DNA of 64,000 nucleotides from Squalus acanthias. Its lineage: Eukaryota. The stretch covers positions 29,638,001 through 29,702,000 of the forward strand of contig CM059432.1 in the NCBI GenBank assembly GCA_030390025.1, read 5' to 3'. The position numbers and the translations under genes are program-made. Below are positions 51,068 through 62,269 of the stretch, piece by piece (positions within the stretch are counted from its first letter, which is position 1; each line of letters begins with the position of its first letter). The notes beneath the pieces were generated by a model. The model did no database searches, was not told where the DNA came from, and saw only the letters and a list, made by a program, of their open reading frames with translations.

Positions 51068-52864
51068 AGTCTCTTCTAAATTGATGCAAGGAAGGTCAAA
51101 TCAAAATGAACATGCTAAGTGCTGCTCAGTACCCAAAACTCCTTCACACGGCTTTGAATCTCTCCAGAAGTCTCTCTCTCAGAATGCGTGGTGCAAAAAT
51201 GTCGCCGACAAAAAAAGGCAGGAATCGGCCGCCTTTAAGTAACACTCCCCCAGCCCCATCCCGACTGCAAAATGTTCCCCTCTACCAGTCGTTGCTAGCG
51301 GCAGGCGGAAAGGCAGGGTGCGCCACTCAATATCCAGTCTGGGGCGCTACTGGGGTGTTGCACGCTCGACTGACGTCATGATCTGTGGGTGCAGGAGATC
51401 GTGGCGGTAGTGTTTAGCGCCGCCGCAAAATGTCTGGTCAATTTCGCGAGCGGCGCAAACATCGCCACGCTCGGGCGCTAGTTGCTTTGTGCCCCGTTAG
51501 TGCCCTCTTAGGGCACTAACGGGAGGCGCTAATCAACCGAATTTTTCCCCCTTATTTTCCAAGTAATATGTGACCTCCCTATTTTTCTTAACAAAATGTA
51601 ATATCTCACATTTATCTGTGCTGAATTTCATTTGCCAATTATATGCCCATTCTGCAAGTTTATTAATGTCTTTTTGTAATTTGTTGCAGTCCTCCTCAGT
51701 ATTGACTATCCCCCCCCCCCCCCAATTTGGTGTCATCTGCAAATTTAGAAATTGTGTTTTTGATTCCAAAGGTAAAATCATTAATATAAATTGTGAACAA
51801 CAGTGGTCCCAGCACTGATCCTTGATGAATGCCACTTTCCACCTTCTGCCACTCTGAATAGCTACCCTTTACCCCTACTCTCTTCTTTCTGTCTTGAAGC
51901 CAGCTAGCTATCCATTCTGCTACTGACTCTGCATTCCCTGACCTTATTCATTAGTCTATTATGTGCTACCTTATTGAAGGCCTTTTGAAAATCTAGATAA
52001 ATTACATCTGCTGCATTACCCTTGTCTACTCTCTCGGTTACCTCTTCAAAAAATTCAATTAGGTTGGTCAAGCAAAACTTTCCTTTTGAAATCCATGCTG
52101 ACTATTTATTATTATATTTTTGGTTTCCAGATGTTCTTCCATTTTCTCCTTTAGTAGGGATTCCATTATTTTTCCTACCACCGATGTTAAGCTGACTGGT
52201 CTATAGTTCCCTGGACATGTTCTATCTCCCTTCTTAAATATGTATTACGTTAGCTATCCACCAGTCCTCTGGCACTACACCTTTTTCTAACGAATTACTA
52301 AAGATGTGTAGTAATGCCTCTGCTATCTCTTCCTTAGATTCTTTTAAAATGTGCGGATGTAATCTGTCCGGACCAGGGGTTTTATCCTCTTTGAGTTTCA
52401 TTAGTTTATTTAATATATCTCCTCATTTTACTTTAAATGCACTTATCTCATTACTAATTTCATCATCCGATGTCATCTCCACCTGCTCTATCTCCCTGGT
52501 AAATACTGTGCATGCAGTCTCCTGCTTTAATCCCGCATCCTTAGATGTGGAACCCATTATGTCCAAATCGAAGGATGAGTGCACTGTGCTAGTATTTTGA
52601 GCCAGGACAGAATTCCCCCCCTAAACCTCTCTGCCTCTCCACCTCCCTTTCCTGCTTTAAATCGCTCCTTAAGCCCCACCTCTTTGATCAAACCTTTGGT
52701 CACCCATCCTGATATCTCCTGCTTTTGACTGTTGTCTGTTTTACCTTACCCCCATTGAAGCGCCTTGGGATGTTTTTCCTACATTAAAGGCATGTATTTC
52801 CAGCATTTTCTGTTTTAGTTTCAGATTTCCAGCATCCACAGTATTTTGCTTTTGTATTAGTCTG

Positions 52865-54800
52865 TGCTGGTGTTTATACTCCACATGACTCTCCTTCCAT
52901 TCCATTTACCTCATCTCAGCTTTTCAGCATATCTTTCTATTCCCTCTTCTTTTATCTCCTCACCTAGTTTCCTTTTGAAAGCATTTAAGTTATTTGCCTC
53001 AATCATTTCCTGTGGTAGAGAGTTCCACATTCTAACCACTCTCTGAGTAAAGAAATTTCTCCCTATTTCCCTATTGGATTTATTAGTAACTATCTTGTAT
53101 TGATGGCCCCTAGTTTTGGATTCTCCCACAAGTGGAAACATTCTCTCCCCATCTACCCTGTCCAACACATTCATAACTTTAAAGACCTCTATCGGGTCAC
53201 CTCTAACTCTTCTCTTTTCTAAAGAAAACTGCCCCAACCTGTTCAATCTTTCCCGATAGCTGTAATCTTTCAGTTCTGGTACCATCCTTGTAAATCTTTA
53301 TTGCACTTTCTCCAGTCCTTCCATGACCCTTTCAGAGTATGGAGGCCAGAACTGTGCACAGTACTCCAAGTGCAGCCTCACCAGGGTCCTAAACAAGTTT
53401 AAGATAACTTTACTACTTTTGAATTCTATACCCCTAGAAATAAATCCCAGTGCTTTGTTAGCATTTTTAGTTGCTTTGCTGACCTGCAATGCTGCTTTTA
53501 ATGATTTGTTTACCTGTATCCCTAGTTCCCTTTGCTCTTCTACCCCATTCAGTCTCTTATTTTCTAAGATGCAGGAGATGTTTCTATTTTTCCTACCGAA
53601 GTGTATCATCTCACATTTATCTTTGTTAAAGTTCATTTTCCACTTAACTGTCCAGTCTGCAAATTTTCTAATGTCTTCTTGTATTATGTTGCATTCTTCC
53701 TCAGTGTTAGCTAGATTTACAAGGATGTTGCCAGGACTGGAGAATTTTAGCTGTGAGGAAAGATTGGTTAGACTGGGGTTATTTTCTTTGGAACAGAGGA
53801 GGCTGAGGGGAGACTTAATTGAGGTGTATAAAATTATGAGGGGCCTAGATAAAGTGGCTAGGAAGGACCTATTTCCCTTAGTAGGGGACATAGATTTAAA
53901 GTAATTGGTAGAAGGATTAGAGGGCACCACACTTTAGGAAGGATGTGAAGGCCTTAGAGAGGGTGCAGAAAAGATTTTACAAGAATGGTTCCAGGGTTGA
54001 GGGCCTTCAGTAACGTGGACAGACTGGAGAAGCTGGGTTTGTTCTCCTTAGAGCAGAGACGGTTGAGAGGAGATTTGATAGCGATGTTCAAAATCATGAG
54101 GAGTCTAAACAGAGTAGATAGAGAGAAACTGTTCCCATTGGCGGAAGGGTCGAGAGCCAGAGGACACAGATTTAAGGTGATTGGCAGAAGAACCAAAGGT
54201 GACAGGTGGAAAAACCTTTTTACGCAGCGTGTGGTTATCATCTGTAATGCACTGCCTGAAAGGATGGTAGAGGCAGATTAAATTGTGGCTTTCAAAATGG
54301 AGTTGGATAAGTACCTGAAGGAAAAAAATTTGCAGGGCTATGGGGAAAGGGCGGGGGAGTGGGTTTAGCTGAAGTGCTCTTGCAGAGAGCCGGCACAGGC
54401 TCAATGGGCCGAATGGCGTCCTTTTGTGCTGTAACCATTCTATGACTCTATAATTCTAGGGGAGTTGAGGAGAACTTTTTTCACCCAGAGGGTGGTGGGA
54501 GTCTGGAGCTCACGGCCTGAAAGGGTGGCAGAGGCAGAAACCCTCATCACATTCAAAAAGTACTTGGATGTGCACTTGAAGTGTTGTAACCTACAAGGCT
54601 ACGGACCAAGAGCTAGAAAGAGGGATTCGGCTGGATAGCTCTTTTTCGGCCAGCACAGACACGATGGGCCGAATGGCCTCCTTGTGTGCTGTAAATTGCT
54701 ATGATTCTATGATTCTATCCCCCAGTTTGGTATCATCTGCAAATTTTGATATTGAATTACTTGTTCCTAAGTCCAAATCATTAATGCAAATTATGAATTT
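52865..54800. mobile_element. Triple-nested CR1 cluster: minus CR1 (52865-53710, 54719-54800) containing plus CR1 (53711-54718) containing another plus CR1 (~53925-54455)
   Basis: ORF2 C-terminal motifs on both strands; each host resumes after the inserted tail. Confidence 0.8.
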
Positions 54801-57800
54801 GAGGAGTTATTTTTCATGTAAAGATTAGTGATGGGATCCACCTACCTGTTGTTAACTTCAGTAGTTAAGTTTTGTATACTGATGAAAGCAATGTAAACCT
54901 CACAATGCTCCATTATCAAGACACATCTTCCCCTGCACATTCCTCATAAATAGTTAAATTTAGCCTGTTCCTTTCCTCACATTTCCAAAGTATCCAGTAT
55001 GTGTGCTGCAACCACCTGAAGTGTCACCTGAGATCAGTGAGATTGATGGGTAGTTTTCAGTCTCACTAGCTGTGCGCAATGACAACTCTGCTCTGGAATA
55101 CCAAGAATAAGCATACCTCACACTGTCTCTTCACCATCCTCAAAGGGGTAACTCCCAAGGGAGTAAGTAATTCCTGGCACTGACTGCCAAGAGCATGGGC
55201 ATTCCTTGCCTCACCCTCCACCCCCCAGCCCTTCATTTAAAGCAGGCACAAATACCGTCCACAACCACAGCCCTACTATTAGCTGGGCAATGCATTGTCC
55301 CATTGAACAGAACTTGTCAATCATTGCCACTAGATCAGAGGGACCATTTTGACCAGGACTGACAATAGACTTCAGCCAATGGAAAAAAATCATTGAAGAT
55401 CATTTGTGTAGCATGGCTCAGTGGTAGCATTCTCACAGAAAGTGATGGGTTCAAGCCCACAGCAGGACTTGTAGTACATAACCTGGACTGACATTTCATT
55501 GCAGTACTGAGAGAGTACTGCATTGTCGAAGGTGCTGTCTTTCAGATGAGACGTTAAACCAAGGCTCTGTCTGCCTGTTCAGGTGGACATAAAGGATCTC
55601 ATAGCACTATTAGAAGAACAGGGGAAGTCTCCTGGTGTCCTGGCCAACATTTATCCCTCAACCCAAAACTACCAAAACAGATTAACTGGTCATTTAGCTC
55701 ATTGCTGTTTGTGGAGATTTGCTATGCGTAAATTGGCTGCTGCATTTGCCTACACAACAACAGTGACTAAAAGAGTTTCAGGAGTAATTCATAGACTGTG
55801 AAGCATTCTGTGACATCCGAAGGCCAGGAAAGTCCCTCTATAAATGCAAGTTCCTTCTTCTTTCTAATTGGCCACCCATGCATTGACCAGAATCCAGTAA
55901 TCCTGCATCACTCCCTAATGGCCCTCCTGTCCTCTCTGTGGACTGTGTCATAATCTTGATTGTTCCAGAGAGGCTTCAGTACCACTTTAAAGGCTCTCTT
56001 CTTTCTCCTAACAGCTCTGCTTTCCTTTACAGTTACCTTAACAGGTCATATCTAACTGAATGGGTGGCTAGCAGGCTCTAGCATCAGGCCACAGTGGTAA
56101 CAGACATGTGGGCGAACACAATGGAGCTCCCAATCCCCAGGTTTAGGCTACTTCAGAATTTGGAATTGCAACTAGAACACAGAAGTAGCCCATCAAGTCT
56201 GTTTCAGTGTTTTCCTCCACATAAGCCAGCTAGTTTCTCCTGCTCACTCCCCCTACCTTTAACATTTTCTTTTTCAAACAACTATCTAATTCTCTTGCAA
56301 AAGAATTTATGAAGTATGTCTCAATAACAGTTTGTAGCAGAGAATTCTAACTGCCCTCTGCGTAAAGAAAATTTTGTTTAAGGTCCCTTTGAATTCTTTT
56401 TGTGATTATTTTAACTGTGTGCTCTCTCATTACTGTATCAACAACCAGTAGAAAGAAAGGAACACTAGCATTTATATAAGCACCTTTCATGACCTCAGGC
56501 TGTCCCAAAGCGCTTTACAACCAATGCAGTAGTTTTGAGGTGTAGTCGCTGTTGTAATGTAGGAAACGCACCAGCCAATTTGCATACCGCAAAGTCCCAC
56601 AAACAGCAATGATATAACGACTAGATCATTTGATTTTTAGTTGTTGGTTGGGGATAAATATTGGCCAGGACATTAGGAGAAACTTGCCTGCTCTTCTTCA
56701 AAATAGTGTCATGGGATCTTTTACACCCACTTGAGAGAGTCTCGTTTTAACATCTCATCCGACAGATGGCACTTCTAACAGTGTAGCACTCCCTCTGTAC
56801 TCTACTGAAGTGTCAGCCTAGATTATATGCTCAAATCCATGGGGTGGGGCTTGAACCCATAACCTTTTGACTCAGAGGCGAGAGTGCTACCACTACGCCA
56901 CGGGTGACTAAAACCCAAATACCTCCGTGAGGTCACCGATTAACCTTCTCTGATTTAGTAAAAAAAAAGCCTGAACTTTTCAAGTCTCTCTTCATAAGTA
57001 TAACCCTGCATTCTTGGTAGTACCTTAGTGAATCTATGCTGCACATATTCCACTGCAGGTTTATATTTTGTAAAGTATTGTTGATTTCCGATGAATTTAA
57101 CTATTAAACAGGGTCTTGTTCTGTAATAGTGGGTGTAAATTAAAAGTTTAAGTAAGTTTCCCAGAATGCTGACTGGTATCTCAATGGCTGACGCTGTTAG
57201 GGCTGTTTCATGTAAATCACATAGGGGGAGCCAGTGATTTGATTTTCAGCAGACAACACAGAGATAAATACGGAGATGTGCCCTCTGTTCGTTAAGAAAC
57301 ATTAGGGTAAATTCTGTGAGGTCCCGGACAGCTGGCAAGGCCTCATACACTGCAGTTGGAGCACATAAAATCGGGAACGCATCCAATTTTCTGAGATGCA
57401 ATTTGGGACCAAATAATGAGGCCACACTACCAGCATGCAAAGCCTCATTTAAATATTAAAATCCAATGTAAACATTTTGACAACTGGATTTTACAAGTAC
57501 TGGGCACAAGGAGAGCCTTGGGAAAGAGCCTTAGAGAGAGATGGTAGGTTTTCCAATAAAAATGTTTTAATGGTTTTTGTTTTTAGTTTCGTGTACCCTT
57601 GACTCCTTGACTTTGCTGCCTAATTATCCATTTTTGCATTTTTTTTTCTACCAATATTTTCTTCATTATTCTTGGTTTCTGCTGGCTTTGATGTTCTACC
57701 TCACAAAGAGCAATATAGGTACATAGGAATTGCAAGATGAAAAAGGACCAAGGTCCATCTAGTTTGCCTTCGACCACCCTGGTAGTCGCATGCAACAATG

Positions 57801-58106
57801 ATAATGGAGTTGTTGACTAATCGTAGCAATCAATCTCTATTAATTAGTCTACAACATAAGGCGAGAAAAACCTCAGTAGTGGAGAGTTTAGGGAACCATA
57901 GGTCCACGTTTTTCCTCCATACTTACCACGGCATATCTCAAATTACTCATAAGTTGGGGGGGGCGGGTTTTAACCCAGAGGAGTGCGTGGATTTGGGCGA
58001 GTTTACAGGCTAAAAACCAGCAAAAATGCGAGCGCGTCGGGAAGCCAGCTCCAACCCACTGACTTCCGCATTTAACTCAAGCACGTTAGGCTGCTTGCAT
58101 CATCAC

Positions 58107-58251
58107 CAATGTTCCCCCTAATTTTTTTTTGGGTGCACGGTCCCTCTAACGGGCTGCGCGACACATTCAAAGTTTGCAGGCGCAAAATTTCACATTTGAA
58201 AAGCCGGTCCCAGGCTGTGCGGGACTGGCAGACAGCTGCACGGCCGTGTTG
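58107..58251. mobile_element. hAT MITE
   Basis: CAATGTTCCC left end; flanks ATCATCAC / GTCATCAC. Confidence 0.65.
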
Positions 58252-58254
58252 GTC

Positions 58255-59010
58255 ATCACCCCTCTCCATCCCTCTCCCTGGCAACTGTCTGAGCCTGAAT
58301 GAGACTATTCACAACCTTGGTGTCATATTTGACCCCAAGATGAGCTACCGACTACATATCTGCACCATCACTAAGGCTGCCTACTTCCACCTCCCTCAGC
58401 TCATCTGCTGCTGAAACCCTCATCCATGCCTTTGTTACCTCCAAACTTCCAATGCACTCCTGGCCGGCCTCCCATCTTCCACCCTCCATAAACATAAGCT
58501 GATCCAAAACCCTGCTGCCCGAATCCTAACTTGATCCAAGTCCCGTTCACCCATCACCCCTGTGCTCGCTGACCTACATTGGCTCCTGGTTGAGCAACGC
58601 CTCGTTTTTAAAATTCTCATCCTTGTTTTCAAATCCCGCCATGGCCTCACCCCTCCCTATCACTGTAACCTCCTCTGGCCCTGCAAGCCTTCAAGATCTC
58701 TGCGCTCCTCCAATTCTGGCCTCTTGCGCATCCTCGATTTTAATCACTCCACCACTGGCGGCCATGCCTTCAGCTTCCTGGGCCCTAAGCTCTGGAATTC
58801 CCAGCCTAAACCTCTCCGCCTCTCTACCTCTCTCCCCTCCTTTAAGACGCTCCTTAAAACCTACCTCTTTGACCAAGTTTTTGGTCATCTGTCCTAATAT
58901 CTCATTATGTGGCTCTGTGTCCAGATTTGTTTGATAATGCTCCTGTGAAGTGCCTTAGGACGATTTACAAAGTTATAGGTGCTATATAAATACAAGTTGT
59001 TTTTGTTGTT
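58255..59010 (+). mobile_element. L2 LINE 3' fragment
   Basis: NLGVIFD, LADLHWL..FKILILVFKS, LWNS..FKTLLKTYLF; L2 tail. Confidence 0.9.
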
Positions 59011-59035
59011 TGTGTTATGTAGGCAAAGGCATTTC

Positions 59036-60170
59036 ACTCCAGCAACACCCTACAAACAACTCTTGAATGCTGAATGTCCACACAACCAACAGGGTACCCT
59101 ACGTCGTCCAGTACTTCCCCGGAGTGGAGAAACTACGCCATGTTCTTCGCAGCCTTCAACATGTCATCGATGACGACAAACACCTCGCTAAGGCCATCCC
59201 CACGCCTCCACTACTTGCCTTCAAACAGCCGCCTAACCTCAGAAGTACCATCGTTCGCAGCAAATTACCCAGCTTTCAGGATAACAGCGACCACGACACC
59301 ACACAACCCTGCCACGGCAAACTCTGCAAGACATGCCAGATCATCAACACAGATACCACCATCACACGTGAGGACACTAACCACCAGGTACATGGTACAT
59401 ACTCATGTGACTCGGCCAACGTTGTCTACCTCATACGTTGCAGGAAAGAATGCACCGCGGCATGGTACATCGGCGAGACCATGCAGACACTGAGACAACG
59501 TATGAACGAGCACCGCGCAACAATCGCCAGGCAGGATTGTTACCTCCCAGTCGGGGAACACTTCAGCAGTCAAGGACATTCAGCCTCGGATCTGCGGGTA
59601 AGCGTTCTCCAAGGCAACCTTAGAAAACACACGACAACGCAAAATCATCGAGCAGAAACTGATAGCCAAGTTCCGCACTCATGAAGACGGTCTCAACCGG
59701 GATCTTGGGTTTATGTCACGATACATGACGTGATCCGGACTCGAGTCATCGTTGGCTTGTTCACAGATGTGATTCCCAGTAAAAAAGTAAAAATTTTAAA
59801 GCTTTTCGTTTTACATACAGACGGCAGCTTTTGACACGTTAGAACCCCTGCGACTACACCTCATTGTCTCAGTTGTATCTTGCTATGTCTTTGATGTGGT
59901 ACCTTCCTGGCTGACCTGATTAACTTTATCACACCTCGGCAGATAGTCAGGATGATTTAATTTAGTGGTCTGCAATTGTAAGGTACACATGCTTTGTTCT
60001 CTATCTATATATGCTTTGGCGATTCTGTATCTATTTACTTCACCTGAGGAAGGGGCAATCGATAGCTCCGAAAGCTTGTGATTTCAAATAAAACTGTTGG
60101 ACTATAACCTGGTGTTGTGCGACCTCTCAATTTTGTCCACCCCAGTCCAACACCGGCATCTCCGCATCAT
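59036..60170 (+). mobile_element. Penelope-like element, 5'-truncated, with GIY-YIG endonuclease and 3' repeat
   Basis: Linker CxxC, NVVYLIRC..WYIGET..LRQRMNEHR, PVGEHF; frameshifted tail EQKLIAKF..GLNRDLG stopping at ~59733. Confidence 0.9.
60040..60081 (+). ncRNA. Minimal type I hammerhead ribozyme motif (PLE-associated)
   Basis: TCAC-CTGAGGA-A-GGGGC/AATCGATA/GCTCC-GAAA-GC-TT-GTGA; stems I and II pair fully; palindrome AAGCTT replaces stem III. Confidence 0.8.
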
Positions 60171-62269
60171 GACCACCTTCGAATAATGCCATGGGATCTT
60201 TTACGTTTGCCTGAGATGGCAGGCAGGGCCTCGGTTTAACATCTCATCTAAAAGACGGTGCCTCCAACAGTGCAGCACTCCCTCAGTACTACAGTGAAGT
60301 GTCAGCCTGGATTATGCGCGCAAGTCTCTGGAGTGCACTTGAACTCATGACCTTCTGACCCAGAAGTGAGAGTGCTACCGCTGAGCTACAACTGATACAG
60401 TGCACTGTGCTTACTGCCTCCCCTTCCGCAGTGAAGTAGCTTGGGAACTGTGCATGATGAATCACGGGCAGGAACCTGCATTCAATCACCCTCATTGCAT
60501 ATTGCGTGGGAGTACTAGGTAGCTGCATCTCTATACTGTCAGCACTCAAATAAACTGCTCCAAAATGGCTGACAAACCAGTTCTAGCACCCTGCTTATCC
60601 ACTGAAATATAATCAGTCTTTAAACCTCCTGTACATTCCACAGCAACAGAATGACACATATCAGTTTTGCGCATAGGTGCATGTCTATTACTATTATGCC
60701 TATTCACGCGCTTGTATCCCGTGATTTTTAGGGAGCGTTTAGCAGTTGAAGCAAGAGAATTTGATATGTGTTTGGCGCCGTCTAAAATGTTAACCTATTA
60801 AGTCAGGCCTACAAGATCCTCTAACACCAGGATCTATTTTCCTTGCTGGAACTTGCCGTAGAGTCAACATGGTAGTAGGGTAAGAGATTCACAAGGTCAC
60901 AAGATATGTTCGGCCCACTTGATCTCAGAATAACAATCCTGCCATTTTCCCATTATACTACCTGGCTATTTCTTAAAAGAGTCCAACATCCTGTCCTGAC
61001 TTGTCCTTACCTAATAACGCATTCCAGCTGTTAATCACCGTTTGTGCGAAGAAATGTTTCTTGACATCTGTCCTAAACTGCCCTTTGCAATCTTGAACTT
61101 GTGCTCTCAGGTCTTCTGAGAAGGTTTGTTTTAGTTGTCATTGGAACTGATGCTTCCCAAAAACTTTGCTAGTATGATGATACTGTCTTTTGAAATTAAA
61201 AATTTATTGAGGGGGGTGGGGGGGTTCCTGTTAGTTAATAAATGCACCACCCAATGTGATATTAAGCCATACAGACCCAAAGGTTCCTAGTTTAAACTCT
61301 GGTCTGCACTGTTAGTTGATCTCAGCCAGGATGTCAGCAGAACTGCTACTGTTAGGGATGAAATCCAGTTAGGTCCTGGTGTTAGAGGATCTTGTAGGCC
61401 TGATTTAATATTTGGACTGCGCCAAATACATATCAAATTCTCTTACTTCAACTGCATAATCCAGTGATCCCTATTGGAAGTGCATGTGTATGAATGATGG
61501 GTGAGGACCATATTGGATTGAGCTGTGATGCTCCAAGCAATTGAGTTGCCTGTTATCTCTCATTGTTGGGCGAAGCTGTGGCTATTGGTTGATAATCGCT
61601 TGGCTGTGATCCAGAGGTTGGCCAGCACCCATGAAACTGTGGCCTAGCAAAGGATTGACATCTTTAGAAAAGAAAGACAGGAAATTATAATGGAATTTAT
61701 ATTATTGCGCACAGTAAGGTCCCACAAACAGCAATGAGATAAATAACTACATAATCTGTGTTGGTGGTGTTGGTTGAGGGATAAATGTCGGCCCAGACAT
61801 TGGGGAGAACTCTCCTGCTCTTCTTTAAATAGTGCCATGGGATCTTTTATGTCCGCCTGAGTGGGTAGACGGGACCTCAGTTTAATATCTCATCCGAAAT
61901 TTGGAAACTCCAACTGTGCAGCACTCCCTCAGTACTGTACTGTCAGTCTCAATTGTGTGCTTAAGCCTCTGGGGGAGAGCTTGAACCCATGACATTCTGA
62001 CTCAGACGCAAGAACGCCAGCACCAAGCCAAGGCTGACAGCTCAATCTATTAGAATATATCTATTACAAAACATGGATTATTTAAATGGAATAGATTTTT
62101 CTTTGTGTAGTTCAGTGCCTATTTTTATATTTGTGGCCATGCAGGAGCAGGAGATGAGCAGAAGACATCAGTCCAAAATATTGAGAATTTAGTTGTACAT
62201 AACAATATGTGAACTAAATGGTACAATTTTAAAGGGAGTTCCAAAACAGAGAGACCTGTTTTCTTTTCA

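Larger units (their letters stand above)
47930..51551. mobile_element. Near full-length PIF/Harbinger DNA transposon
   Basis: 16-bp TIRs GGGTAAGAAATTCGGT / ACCGAATTTTTCCCCC; 3-bp TSD TCA/TTA; convergent Myb and transposase genes; CpG-rich subterminal TAGCGCC/GGCGCTA repeats. Confidence 0.95.
47213..52508 (-). mobile_element. CR1 LINE split by the Harbinger insertion (47213-47929 and 51552-52508)
   Basis: RT motifs on both sides; sequence rejoins as AGATTC-TTA-TTTTCC, as in the uninterrupted CR1 at ~53540. Confidence 0.9.
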
